Below, one piece after another: positions 1-9,982 of a DNA stretch of 64,000 nt. Under the pieces are notes generated by a model. That model saw only the letters and a list, made by a program, of their open reading frames with translations. It searched no databases and was not told where the DNA came from. Numbering within the stretch: position 1 is the first letter of the stretch; every line of letters begins with the position of its first letter. Source of the DNA: Terriglobia bacterium (GTDB lineage: Bacteria; Acidobacteriota; Terriglobia; Versatilivoradales; Versatilivoraceae); the NCBI GenBank assembly GCA_965215235.1, contig OZ244053.1, positions 3,431,192 to 3,495,191 on the forward strand, in the 5' to 3' direction. Made by a program: the position numbers and the translations under genes.

Positions 1-28
1 GGCTTGGGCCCAACTGCCCTTCCTGCGG

Positions 29-2716
29 TTGATGACGGCATTTCCTCCGGGAGGGAAGCACGCCTCGGCCGTTGAAGTCACCGTGACCGGCAGCAACATG
101 GATAGGGTCGATCGTCTTTTCTTCTCCCATCCGGGCATCACAAGCTCACCAACCCTGGGCGAGACCTCGCCGCTTCAGCCACTGCCCCGACCTGTCCCGG
201 GCAAATTCACGGTTTCCATTGCCCCCGATGTGCCCCCGGGTGTTTATGAGCTTCGCATGGTGGGTCGCTATGGCGTCTCCAATGCTCGAGCCTTTATGGT
301 CGGAGACCAGGAAGAAATCGCCTCGGAGGCCGACAATCACGCCCTCTCAAAAGCCACAGAGATTCCCCTGGGAGTCACCGTAAACGGACACAGTGATGAG
401 GGCGCCGCTGACTTCTTCAAATTCGAGGCCAAGCAAGGACAGCGGGTCACCGTCCAAGTCGCGGCTCAACGGCTCGACTCCAAGATGGACGCGACCCTCG
501 TCCTCTACGACGCCTCGGGGCAAGAACTCCAGAGCGATCGAGATACCTACCGGCTCGATCCATTCCTGGACTTCGTCGCGCCGGCCAGTGGACACTACAT
601 TGTCAAGATCTATGACTTCCTCTATCGAGGCGGGCCGGAATATGCCTACCGCTTGTCTGTTGGAACCCAACCTCACATCCAGTACATCTTTCCTCCGGCC
701 GGTATTCCGGGAAGTCGCCAGACATACACGGTTTATGGACAAAACCTGCCGGGCGGCAAAGTCTCCTCCGTGCTCAATGCCCAAGGGGTTCCTCTGGAGG
801 AAAAACCCGTCGACATTACCCTTCCCCAGACCTCTCACCTCCTGCCCTCCAACTCCTTTCTGGAACCCAGGCAAATTGTGGTGGGGGGAATCGATTATCG
901 ACTGAGCGCGCCTGAGGGAGTTTCCAATTCCGTGAGTCTTGGTTTCGCGACGGCGCCCGTGATCCAGGAACTGGAACCCAACAACCAGCCCCACCTGGCC
1001 CAAAAGGTATCCCTTCCTTGTGAAGTCAACGGCCGGCTTTTCCCCCAGGCAGACCAGGACTGGATCACCTTCGAAGCCAGGAAAGGCAGCAGTTACTGGA
1101 TTGAAGTGTTCTCCCATCGGCTGGGCCTGCCCACCGATCCGGCGGTTCTCCTTCAACGATTATCCGCTGATGGGCAGGGCCAGGAGCAGACAGAACTGGT
1201 GGCGGCATCGGATGATGACGGCTCCTATCTGGGCGACCGGCGATATAACACCGGCAGTCGCGATCCTGTCTTCCGATTCGAGGTTGAGCAGGACGGCATC
1301 TACCGTCTCAAGATTCACGATTTGGCCGCTAACCTGCAAAGCCGACCGTCTCATCTCTACCGACTGTCGATTCGGCAGTCGCATCCGGACTTCCGCCTGT
1401 TGGTCGTTACCGATGATCCTGGCGGCTCCAACGACGACGGTATTATCTGGGAGCCCCTGCTGCGATTGGGCGGAAAAACACGTATGAATGTCCTGGCGAT
1501 ACGGCGCGATGGGTTCACCGGAGAAATCGCGCTCGAGGTCAAGGGACTGCCATCGGGGATCAGCTTTCCCGGGGCAACGATCCCTGCAAACAGCAACGGG
1601 ACCTACTTGTTCTTCGAAGCCTCTCGAGAGGCTGCCGGTTGGACCGGGGCCGTTCAGGTGATCGGCAGGGCAAGAGTCGACGGCAGGATGGTTGAGCGGG
1701 AGGCCCACTACGCCTCCCTGGTCTGGAATTCCGGCTCCCTGCGACGGGGGGACGGTCACTCCCGGGTCATCCGGAACCGGACTCTGGCCGTGAGCCGGAA
1801 CGAGGTGGCGCCGCAGCTTCCGGAGTTCCAGATCGAGAAACAAGAGTGGGACGTCCCTCTGGAAGGCAACTTGGAGATCCCCTTTAAACTCACCAATCGC
1901 TCCCTTCTGCCGGGAGAGTTGAGGCTGCGGCTTGGGACGCTTGCCGGGCTGAGGGAGGGCACGACCAAACTTGTTGTCGACGACAAGAGTAGCGAGGGAA
2001 CACTGATATACCAGGTGAAGAGTCGGGGAAACCAGTTCAAGCCCGGAAAGTATACCTTCTCCACTGTGGCATTGAGTCAGATCACCTATCGAAGTCAACC
2101 CGAAGAGGTGATGCAGACCTATCAAGACAAGGTACGACTGGAACAACTGGCCAAACAGCGAACGAACATGGCCAGAAGAGTGGCTGAGACGGCTTCACCT
2201 GAATCCCGGGCGGAATGGGCTGCTCAAGCCCGGGGAGCCGAGAGGGCGCGAAGGGGGGCCGAGAAACGTCTGCGAGAGGCGGTTTCCAAAGCAGCGCCGC
2301 GAAAGATCCGGATGGCCGCTCACTCCCGCGCCCTGGATCTCACCATCCATCCGGCGCCCATCACCTTCGTAAGTCAGAAGACGCCGCAGCTATCGCACCC
2401 GGGGGCCAATCTGGAATTCCCCGTGTCGATCGAGCGCTTGTTCGAATACACCGGTCCCGTCGAGATTGGTCTAAAAGTTCCCACTCATATCGCGGGGATT
2501 CAGGCCAAGCCGGTAACCATTCCGGAAAGTCAAACGACTACCGGGCTGCTCGTCCAACTTTCTCCCGATCTGGAACCCGGTGATTATCAGCTCAAACTTG
2601 AGGCCAAGCTTCAATTGAATGAGAGCGACATTCAGGTCGAAGAGCCTCTGATGATCCAAGTGCGCCCCGGCCAAAAGCCCCGCCAGCATCAGACCTCGCT
2701 CAAGCATCGCCCATGA
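29..2716 (+). CDS. Large secreted repeat protein with pre-peptidase C-terminal (PPC)-like domains; probably 5'-truncated by the window edge
   Basis: 895-aa ORF with repeated PPC-like blocks (DFFKFEAKQGQRVTVQV...DATLVLYDASGQEL; WITFEARKGSSYWIEV...). No signal peptide at the annotated N-terminus and no in-frame stop upstream of nt 29, so the gene likely continues 5' of the window. Its stop overlaps the next gene's start (ATGA). Confidence 0.7.
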   Translation: MMTAFPPGGKHASAVEVTVTGSNMDRVDRLFFSHPGITSSPTLGETSPLQPLPRPVPGKFTVSIAPDVPPGVYELRMVGRYGVSNARAFMVGDQEEIASEADNHALSKATEIPLGVTVNGHSDEGAADFFKFEAKQGQRVTVQVAAQRLDSKMDATLVLYDASGQELQSDRDTYRLDPFLDFVAPASGHYIVKIYDFLYRGGPEYAYRLSVGTQPHIQYIFPPAGIPGSRQTYTVYGQNLPGGKVSSVLNAQGVPLEEKPVDITLPQTSHLLPSNSFLEPRQIVVGGIDYRLSAPEGVSNSVSLGFATAPVIQELEPNNQPHLAQKVSLPCEVNGRLFPQADQDWITFEARKGSSYWIEVFSHRLGLPTDPAVLLQRLSADGQGQEQTELVAASDDDGSYLGDRRYNTGSRDPVFRFEVEQDGIYRLKIHDLAANLQSRPSHLYRLSIRQSHPDFRLLVVTDDPGGSNDDGIIWEPLLRLGGKTRMNVLAIRRDGFTGEIALEVKGLPSGISFPGATIPANSNGTYLFFEASREAAGWTGAVQVIGRARVDGRMVEREAHYASLVWNSGSLRRGDGHSRVIRNRTLAVSRNEVAPQLPEFQIEKQEWDVPLEGNLEIPFKLTNRSLLPGELRLRLGTLAGLREGTTKLVVDDKSSEGTLIYQVKSRGNQFKPGKYTFSTVALSQITYRSQPEEVMQTYQDKVRLEQLAKQRTNMARRVAETASPESRAEWAAQARGAERARRGAEKRLREAVSKAAPRKIRMAAHSRALDLTIHPAPITFVSQKTPQLSHPGANLEFPVSIERLFEYTGPVEIGLKVPTHIAGIQAKPVTIPESQTTTGLLVQLSPDLEPGDYQLKLEAKLQLNESDIQVEEPLMIQVRPGQKPRQHQTSLKHRP

Positions 2717-4272
2717 AGTGGTTACCCAAGACCCTCCACTTACCTCGACGTCACCGACACTGCTTGTCCATTCGGAAACAACAGGTGATCTTTTGGCTGG
2801 CTCTTTCTCTGATCATGGGTTATCCCTCCATCCAGGCTCAGCAAAACCAGGACGAGAGTCAAGCCGGACCGATTCCGATCACGGTGGTGGAACGGCAAGA
2901 ACCGGTTAACTTCGACAAGGATCTCCTTCCGATTTTTCAGTCCAAATGCCTGGCCTGCCACAGCAAGAGCCTGGCTCTGGGGAACGTCGTCCTGGAAAGC
3001 CGCCAACGGATTCTTGCTGGTAATCGACAGGAGCCCCTGGTCGTTCCAGGCAACAGCGCCGACAGTCTTCTGCTCCAGGTGGCAGCCCATCTTCGCCAAC
3101 CCTTCATGCCGCCCGATGGAAACGCTGCTGAGGCAGCGCCTTTGAGTTCCGAAGAGCTCGGCCTCCTGAAACTGTGGATCGACCAGGGTGCACGCGAAAG
3201 CCGGGAAACCAAAATCTTGCCTTCGCTGGAGTGGCAGGCCATCCCGGCTGCTTTGACCCCTGTCTACAGTGCGGCGGTCAGTCCCAATGGCCAATATGCT
3301 GCCTGCGGTCGCTCCAACCAGATCTTTGTCTATCGCCTGGCCTCCGGACAATTGGTGGCGCGCCTCGTGGACCCGGCCCTGAAGCGGACTGGCCTCTATG
3401 GAGAACCGGGCGTCAGCCATCGCGACATGGTTCACTCCCTGGCCTTCAGCCCGGAAGGTCAACTCCTGGTTTCGGGAGGCTACAGGACGATAAAATTTTG
3501 GCGCGTGCAGAAGTCAGACTCAACCGGAAGCCTGGCAAGTCCACGACATGAAAAGGAAGCATTTTCCTGGACTCTGGAGCGGGTGGTTGGGGAGGTTGAC
3601 GATTCTTCGAATTTCATCGGTCGGGTTACGGCATTGGCGTTCAGCCCCGACGGCAAACTCCTGGCAACCGGGAGCGGCGATCCATCCAGGAGTGGAGAAC
3701 TCAAGATTTGGCGTGCCGATAATGGCGAATTCGTGGGGGAGGTTCCTGACCCGCACAGCGACACGATTCTCGGTATCGAGTTTTCACCGGACGGTCAATA
3801 TCTTGCTACCGCGTCCACCGACCGCTTCGCCAAAGTCTTCGAAGTCAAAACCCGTCAATTGGTCAGGACTTTTGAGGGGCACACACACCATGTGCTGGAT
3901 GTGGCCTGGAAAGCGGACAGCAAGATTTTGGCCAGTTGCGGCGCCGACAACGTTATCAAGCTCTGGGACTTCGAGACGGGCGAGCAGAAGGAGACGATGG
4001 ATGGCTATGAGAAGGAGGTCACGTCCCTGAACTTCATCGGCGACAGCGACCGATTGTTGATCAGTTCGGGAGATCCCATGGTGCGCTTCGGTGAACGACG
4101 ACTCAGTGGTGTGTCCTCCTTCGTCCATATTTCGGCGGCCAGCGCTGATGGTCAGACCGTTGTGGCCGGAGATCAAGACGGTCGTTTGCTCGTTTGGCGT
4201 TCTCCCGATGCCCAGCCGCTTTATGTCCTTGGGCCAAACGCGGCGTCCCCCAGCAATCCTTCTCGGAAGTAG
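2713..4272 (+). CDS. PSCyt1 (planctomycete cytochrome c domain) + WD40 repeat protein
   Basis: N-terminal signal peptide, then the PSCyt1 signature FDKDLLPIFQSKCLACHS. Several WD40 repeats follow (SLAFSPEGQLLVSGG, ALAFSPDGKLLATGS, GIEFSPDGQYLATASTDRFAKVFEV, ASCGADNVIKLWDF). A 4-nt overlap with the upstream gene suggests translational coupling. Confidence 0.85.
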   Translation: MKWLPKTLHLPRRHRHCLSIRKQQVIFWLALSLIMGYPSIQAQQNQDESQAGPIPITVVERQEPVNFDKDLLPIFQSKCLACHSKSLALGNVVLESRQRILAGNRQEPLVVPGNSADSLLLQVAAHLRQPFMPPDGNAAEAAPLSSEELGLLKLWIDQGARESRETKILPSLEWQAIPAALTPVYSAAVSPNGQYAACGRSNQIFVYRLASGQLVARLVDPALKRTGLYGEPGVSHRDMVHSLAFSPEGQLLVSGGYRTIKFWRVQKSDSTGSLASPRHEKEAFSWTLERVVGEVDDSSNFIGRVTALAFSPDGKLLATGSGDPSRSGELKIWRADNGEFVGEVPDPHSDTILGIEFSPDGQYLATASTDRFAKVFEVKTRQLVRTFEGHTHHVLDVAWKADSKILASCGADNVIKLWDFETGEQKETMDGYEKEVTSLNFIGDSDRLLISSGDPMVRFGERRLSGVSSFVHISAASADGQTVVAGDQDGRLLVWRSPDAQPLYVLGPNAASPSNPSRK

Positions 4273-4532
4273 ACGTCCTCAGGTGGCAGTCTGACACCCC
4301 GCTTCCGTTCAAACTCGCTCCGGAAAGCCCACTTGGCAGCCTATCCAGACAGCCTCCTCCCACCGATCGAAAGAGAGCTGGCTCAGGAAACCCCGTAGGG
4401 GTTCTGTCTTCACGGGTTATTGGCGGCTCAGAGCCTGTTTGCTTCTTATCTTCAGCTTCACCGCTGAATGAAACGTGAACCATCGACTCCGCCGAATGGA
4501 CGGGGAAAACAAGGGATTCACGGGTTGATTTC

Positions 4533-5462
4533 ATGATCACCTCGTTTCTGCTTGCAGTGGCTCGATCCTTCCTGGATGCCCTGCTGCCCCCCATTTTCTT
4601 TGCCGGGCTGGGGGCTCTCACCGACCGGTTACTGCACTTCGAGCTCCGAAGCCTGAGTCGTTTGTGTCTCTACATCCTGTCGCCTGCGCTACTCTTCTCC
4701 TCTCTCATGAAGGTGGAAGTCACCCTTGCTCAGGCGGGCCGGGTGGTCGCCTTTGTTTTTCTGGTGATGGGAGGAATGGCGTTTCTGGGCTGGCTCTACG
4801 CGAGGAGCCGCCGAATGGACGGACCCGCTACCGGAGCCGCCGTGATGGCGGTAACTTTTTTCAACGCCGTGACCTTGGGTTTTCCCTTCGTTCTCTTTGC
4901 ATTCGGAGAGGAAGGGCTGCGCCTCGCCGCTGTCCTGGTGGCGACCAACTCCCTGCCTCACAATACCTGTGGAATGTTTCTGGCTGCGCGAGGCGTCCAC
5001 GGTACCGGTGAGACGCTTTGGAAGCTGGCCAGGATGCCGGTTCCCTACGCCATCGTGGCGGCTCTGCTCGCCCGGGCCTTTGAATTCTCCCTGCCCCCAT
5101 CCGTCTTTGAACCCATCGAGATTCTCGGCAGGGCGGGAATTCCGGTGTTGTTGATCACCATCGGAATGGAAGTGGGACGCATCCCGCTCCGAATGAACCA
5201 TTCCGACGTCTGGGGTGTGGTCGCACTCAGGCTGCTGGTCGGCCCGCTGTGGGCTTGGTGGATTGCCTCCCTGATAGGCTTAGAGGGCTTACTGGGACAA
5301 GTGGTCGTCCTGCAAGCGAGCATGCCGACTGCTATCATGCCCATCGTCTTTGCTCGAGAATTCGGCAGCAATGTCGCCTTCATTTCTCGGGCGGTTCTCT
5401 TCTCCACGCTTTCCAGCATTCTGACTCTTTCCGTGGTGCTGGTGCTGATCCGGCCCGTTTAG
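4533..5462 (+). CDS. AEC (auxin efflux carrier) family membrane transporter
   Basis: 309 aa, about 10 hydrophobic helices; the N-terminus MITSFLLAVARSFLDALLPPIFFAGLGAL is typical of the AEC/MdcF/YfdV family. Confidence 0.65.
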   Translation: MITSFLLAVARSFLDALLPPIFFAGLGALTDRLLHFELRSLSRLCLYILSPALLFSSLMKVEVTLAQAGRVVAFVFLVMGGMAFLGWLYARSRRMDGPATGAAVMAVTFFNAVTLGFPFVLFAFGEEGLRLAAVLVATNSLPHNTCGMFLAARGVHGTGETLWKLARMPVPYAIVAALLARAFEFSLPPSVFEPIEILGRAGIPVLLITIGMEVGRIPLRMNHSDVWGVVALRLLVGPLWAWWIASLIGLEGLLGQVVVLQASMPTAIMPIVFAREFGSNVAFISRAVLFSTLSSILTLSVVLVLIRPV

Positions 5463-5617
5463 AAAGCGGATACCTATCCTGGTCTTGCTTCCGATGAAGC
5501 CACTCAAAAATGGAGGTAAGGAAAAGGCAGTAAGGTTATGATAGGCGTTCATCGCGGGAAAACAATCCCACAACCGGTTTTCCCCTTCAAACACCTACAT
5601 CTATCAGGAGAAACATC

Positions 5618-6395
5618 ATGCATGTTCGCGAGCTGTTTGATCTGTCCGGGCGCACTGCCATCGTAACCGGCGGCACCGGACTCTATGGAACTCCCCTGTC
5701 GGAAGCTCTGGCCGAAGCCGGGGCCTTTGTGATTATCGCTTCTCGCAACAAGTCCCGCTGCGAGGCCTGGGCTGCCAAGCTGGTGGATCGGGGATTGAAG
5801 GCCACTGGCGAGAGTTATGATCAAGGAAGCACCGAATCAATTTTGGCCTTCAGTGAGCGGGTCCTGCAGCAACATGGTGCGGTGGATATTCTGGTCAATA
5901 ACTCGGTGGGACGGTCGATGCGGAGCTATGGGGCCCCTCTCGATGACTGGCGGCAATCGATGGAGGTCAACGCCACCGGACTCTTCGCCATCTCACGGGC
6001 TTTTTTAGATCCGATGATGAAAAGGAAAAAGGGGACCATCATCAACATTGGTTCTGTCCAGGGCGTCGTTGCTCCGGACTTCAGCAACTACGCGGGCACC
6101 AACATGACCACCCCACCCGATTATCAGTTTCACAAGCACGGATTGGTTGGCCTTACGAAGTACCTGGCGGCTTGGGGCCGGTCCCCATGGTGTTCGAGTC
6201 AACGCCATTTCACCCGGCGGCTACAACCCTGAAGTGGCTAAAGAGCCGTTTCTGTCTCAGTACAATCGTCGCGTCTTTCTGGGAAGAATGGCCGAATATG
6301 ACGATATCAAAGGAGTGGCGCTCTTCCTGGCTTCCGAGGCTTCCCGCTACATCACAGGACAAAACATAATGCTGGATGGGGGATATTGCGCTTAG
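5618..6395 (+). CDS. Short-chain dehydrogenase/reductase (SDR) split by an apparent +1 frameshift near 6171-6186; probably intact in reality
   Basis: N-terminal ORF (5618-6232) has TGGTGLYG (Rossmann TGxxxGxG) and NNSVG. The C-terminal part continues in the +1 frame (6147-6395: GAGPHGVRVNAISPGGY...ITGQNIMLDGGY). The frames meet at the homopolymer-rich cttggggccggtcccca. Confidence 0.7.
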
Positions 6396-6568
6396 TCCGG
6401 AGGAATGAGAACTGACAGCGAACCTTGGATCTCGGGAACGGAAGAGAAGGTGGCCCAAGAGAGAAACTCCTGCCCGAAGGAATGTCCTGCCCTCGTCGAG
6501 GGGCAGACCAACACCCGCCCTGGTGAGGGATTGAAGCTTGAACCCAAACCGAAACCTGAATGCGAAAA

Positions 6569-7219
6569 TCAGTTGTTTTCTTCCCTGGAGGCCAGAACCT
6601 GAAGCGGACGCTCCAACCGGATGACCATGAGGGTTCCCGCAGGAATCTCGATGGGCTTCCCCTTTCGTCGCATCGAATCCACCAAGCCAATCAGTCCCCC
6701 GATGCCGGCTCCGATAGCGGCTCCCTTGCCGCCCCCTGAAATCCCGCCGATTCCGGCGCCGACAGCAGCTCCAACACCGATCTCGGCCGCGTCCCGCTTG
6801 CGTGAGGATTCCCCCTTGATGGTCCCTTCCCGGTGATCGACCTTTTCCTTGTCATCCAGGTCGGCCTGAGATCCAACGATGGTCTCGGAAATGCCATTGG
6901 GAAAAACCAGGCGCTCGTAAGCCAGACTGATCTCCGCCCTGCCTTGAACCCGGCCGGCCTCCTCGACTCGGGCCACGCGGCCTTCGATGGTAGACCCGGC
7001 GGGAATGGCCTCAATACCTCTCACAAGAACGGGTTCGGTAACTTTGGCCGTGAACCGGTCACCCTGTCGGTTACTCTTGCTGCTCAGGGTGGTCTCCAGC
7101 CGGGCCAGGATTCTGGTCCCATGGGGAACGATCAGCGTTTCGGCAGCCTGGGCCAAGCCGTCCAGGCCCAGGATTGAGATCAGGAAGAGACCGGAAAGGA
7201 ATGCTCTAAGTGTCATGGG
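6569..7219 (-). CDS. Secreted hypothetical protein with a C-terminal glycine-zipper segment
   Basis: ORF on the minus strand. Start at the internal Met (MTLRAFLSGLFLISILGLDGLAQA) gives a signal peptide. C-terminal GVGAAVGAGIGGISGGGKGAAIGAGIGGLIGLV resembles glycine-zipper/SlyB-like outer-membrane proteins. Confidence 0.55.
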   Translation of the reverse strand, partial: PMTLRAFLSGLFLISILGLDGLAQAAETLIVPHGTRILARLETTLSSKSNRQGDRFTAKVTEPVLVRGIEAIPAGSTIEGRVARVEEAGRVQGRAEISLAYERLVFPNGISETIVGSQADLDDKEKVDHREGTIKGESSRKRDAAEIGVGAAVGAGIGGISGGGKGAAIGAGIGGLIGLVDSMRRKGKPIEIPAGTLMVIRLERPLQVLASREENN

Positions 7220-7507
7220 TATTCTCCTTGGAATCCAATACCACGAATGCCTGAGACCGGGCTGAGGATTGAATCCGAGCCGACAGCGACGATACCAAGC
7301 CACAGGTCGTCAGCGGATTGACATCTTGCGAGCTCCAGTTCGAACAGGCATCCTGAGAAGATTTCCAGCAGCTGCTAAAGGCCCGAGAAGTCAGGTCGAG
7401 TCAACTGCTAGGATGCTCTTGCTACCCACAAGGATGCAAGACTCGAACCGCGGTGACGAGATTTTGTGGTGGGAGAAGGGCGCCGGAGGCAGCCAGGGCA
7501 TGGCTGC

Positions 7508-8638
7508 CTAAGCCTTTGCGACAAAGTCGTTCAGCACCTCTTTACAGCGGCGGGCGACCTCCTCTTCCTCGCCGGGCTCAAGCATCCATGAACTTAACTC
7601 CAAGCGAGGACCCTGGATAGGGACGGGCGAGACCTCAATCCGTGGTTCCCCCTGACGGAGCGCTTCCACGAAACGCTCCCTACTGAACTTGAGATTCCGA
7701 GCATCCCACTCGATGGCCAGGTGGGGAACCTGACTGGATATGACCGGCACGAAGCGTTCGGTTCGGATACCTGGAATTCCATGCAGGGCCGCGGCAATCA
7801 CCTGAAGCTGCTCCTCCCATCGCTCCCAATCAGCCTCATGATCTCTCTTCAAATACAACTCCAGCGCCTTCCAAAAACCAATGATTCCCTCTTTGCCAAC
7901 CTTGGCCACTCGACCGAGACGGTCGGGGTTAGGTGATGCATTCAAAAAGGCCGCCTGAATCAAGTCCTGCCGTCCCAACAACAAACCGGAAGATTGTGGA
8001 CCCCTGAGGCCTTTACCCCCGCTGAAAGCCGCCAGATCGTAGCCCATTTCGATCAAGGCGCTGAGATTTTCTACCGGGGGAATATCAGCGGCGGCATCAA
8101 TGAGGCAGGGTAAACCTGAATCCCTGGCAATTCCAACAAACTCTTTTCGGTTGATTTCCCCGCGGGGATCAGCCATGTTCAGAAAAAAAAGCATGGCTGT
8201 CCTGGAGCTGATTGCAGCTTCCAGCTCCTGTCGACTGTCAACCTCGATCAGCTTGACTCCAACATTGCGAATGGCATGATCGTACTCGACTCGATGAGAT
8301 CTTTGCAGAATGACCTCGTTCTTCATTCCCCGGGTATCGGGTAAACGTCTCATCTTGTCTTCGTCACCTCGACAAACACAAGCTGCGGTCGCCAGGGTCA
8401 GGGCTGCAGCACAGCCACAAGTCACCAACGCCGCCTCGGCGCCGAGCCAAGCGGCTATCTGTTGTCCAACGACTTCTTGCAACTCCGGGATGGAGACATA
8501 TTGCTTAGAGGCTTCCTCCATGGCTTCGATGACCTGGGGAGGCATGAGAGAACCACTGAACCGAGTGTAGCTCCCTCCCGCATTGATGAATGGCCGGAGT
8601 CCCAGGACTTCATAAATGCTGGATTGAGACCTCTGCAT
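7508..8638 (-). CDS. PLP-dependent SelA-like enzyme (L-seryl-tRNA(Sec) selenium transferase-related fold)
   Basis: SelA-like motifs SSGGKGLRGPQSSGLLLGRQDLI (lysine as PLP site) and SIPELQEVVGQQIAAWLGAEAALVT. Start at MQRSQSS has GGAGGG 5 nt upstream. No SECIS or Sec machinery in the window, so true SelA function is doubtful. Confidence 0.7.
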   Translation of the reverse strand: MQRSQSSIYEVLGLRPFINAGGSYTRFSGSLMPPQVIEAMEEASKQYVSIPELQEVVGQQIAAWLGAEAALVTCGCAAALTLATAACVCRGDEDKMRRLPDTRGMKNEVILQRSHRVEYDHAIRNVGVKLIEVDSRQELEAAISSRTAMLFFLNMADPRGEINRKEFVGIARDSGLPCLIDAAADIPPVENLSALIEMGYDLAAFSGGKGLRGPQSSGLLLGRQDLIQAAFLNASPNPDRLGRVAKVGKEGIIGFWKALELYLKRDHEADWERWEEQLQVIAAALHGIPGIRTERFVPVISSQVPHLAIEWDARNLKFSRERFVEALRQGEPRIEVSPVPIQGPRLELSSWMLEPGEEEEVARRCKEVLNDFVAKA

Positions 8639-8701
8639 AACTGCCCTCCGGGGCAACTGGGGAACATCCCTTCGCCACCTGCAAACGCTGTTATGGCGTA
8701 G

Positions 8702-8719
8702 CCGAGCCAAGTGGCTCGG
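8702..8719. promoter_or_regulatory. Perfect 18-bp palindrome CCGAGCCAAGTGGCTCGG about 65 bp upstream of the SelA-like gene; candidate operator
   Basis: Read directly: ccgagccaagtggctcgg is its own reverse complement. Confidence 0.3.
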
Positions 8720-9130
8720 GATAAATGTGCCTGAAGGGCGAAAAATCGGCCCTGAACAGGACAAAAATTACCGGAACAACGGGGAAAAGCCCCAAAAGGG
8801 ACAGAAACCCCTGTCTATAACCCTTCTGATGACCAATCTATCCGAAACATAACGTTATGCAGAGGCCTCGGATTGACCAAGCTGCCGGTTGCGTTGAACC
8901 ATGATTCTCCAAAACCATTGCCTCGTGGCAAGGTCGGTCGGTGAACCCCGACACAAAAGTAGCACAGTTCTCGGCGGGTCTCAAAGAGTCCCTGTCGGAG
9001 CATCGAGCGACCGATGGAGTCATTCTATGCTGTCTATGGAAAACGGTGGATGAACCCGGAGTATCGGAAAATTTGGGGTGTCCGGATAATTTTGAGAAAT
9101 CAGCTGCCCATCCGGGACAGAGATACACAC

Positions 9131-9186
9131 CGAAGGTGGGACACCGAAGAGAGGATGCCCCACTTTCGGTGCGAGTCCGGTCGCCA
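9131..9186 (-). terminator. Strong hairpin (12/13-bp stem) immediately downstream of the BON gene; terminator-like, no U-tract
   Basis: caccgaaggtggg...(17 nt)...cccactttcggtg inverted repeat on the plus strand, placed just after the BON stop (9200) in the transcription direction. Confidence 0.35.
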
Positions 9187-9199
9187 AGAACCCCGGGGC

Positions 9200-9778
9200 T
9201 TAGCTTTTCTGCACGACGAGACTGTTGGTCACCGAGAAAACTCCGGGGACCTCCAGAGCTCTCAGGTAGGCAAAATTCTTGTCCGACTCGCTGTTGACCA
9301 TGCCGACGAGGGTCACATGTCCTCTTTTTACAATGATCCCGATCGCCTCGTAGTCACCCAGGCTGTAAGGGAATAGGCGACTCCCCCGGTTGTAAAGGGC
9401 ACGATAGACCGCCAGTCGAATCTGATCATCATTCGGTGAGTTCGGCAACACTTCGATATTGTTGACGACCTTGGAAACGCCCTCGATTCTTTCCACGACT
9501 CTTGCAGCAGAATTCTTCAAGCCCGGGCTGGTGACCTGGCCGATCAATTGAACAGCATCACCATCAATCTGAAAGCCGAGGTGGTCGAAGACACTGAAGT
9601 ACGGAAGCATGACCAGTTCGTGGCGGACCTTGTTCTCCAGCCATCTCTGGTCCTGAGCCGAGGGATTCTCAGCTACGGTTCCGCCGGTCTGCGGATTGCC
9701 CGCCCAAGAAACCGCCGATACGGCCAACAGCACTGCCACAAAAAAAGAAGTCATCGTTGCTTTCCTGAATGTTTTCAT
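9200..9778 (-). CDS. BON-domain (OsmY-like) periplasmic protein with two BON domains
   Basis: Signal peptide MKTFRKATMTSFFVAVLLAVSAVSWA. Two BON-like segments (VMLPYFSVFDHLGFQIDGDAVQLIGQV...; YEAIGIIVKRGHVTLVGMV...). Confidence 0.8.
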   Translation of the reverse strand: MKTFRKATMTSFFVAVLLAVSAVSWAGNPQTGGTVAENPSAQDQRWLENKVRHELVMLPYFSVFDHLGFQIDGDAVQLIGQVTSPGLKNSAARVVERIEGVSKVVNNIEVLPNSPNDDQIRLAVYRALYNRGSRLFPYSLGDYEAIGIIVKRGHVTLVGMVNSESDKNFAYLRALEVPGVFSVTNSLVVQKS

Positions 9779-9914
9779 CGTTTTTCATCCTCCTGGTCAG
9801 GCTCGATCCGGATTCTTGTGAATGGTTGAATCTCCGCCGGACCGGCAATGAGAGTGCTCAGGCAACCCGAAGGTTGCTTGGCTCCACTGATATTTCTATA
9901 GATGCCTGTTAGCC

Positions 9915-9960
9915 CAAAAGCGATGTAAAGAGTTGGTCAACGCCAAGTAAAGTTTTGTCA
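9915..9960 (-). promoter_or_regulatory. Conserved envelope-stress element copy 1, upstream of the BON gene
   Basis: caaaag-N4-GTAAAGAGTTGGTCAACGCCAAGTAAAGTTTTGTCA. The 36-bp core is about 75% identical to the copies at 11044-11087 and 12673-12718. In gene orientation it reads TGACAAAACTTTAC-N17-ACTCTTTAC. Confidence 0.6.
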
Positions 9961-9982
9961 TCACCCCAGCATGGCCAGCCGC

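Noticed and set aside
146-2707. Many antisense or out-of-frame ORFs (for example 347-1156 minus, 1160-2146 minus, 393-905 plus) inside the large PPC-repeat gene
   Set aside because: These are typical spurious ORFs of high-GC DNA. They carry no motifs, have low-complexity R/G/P-rich translations, and each overlaps a well-supported gene.
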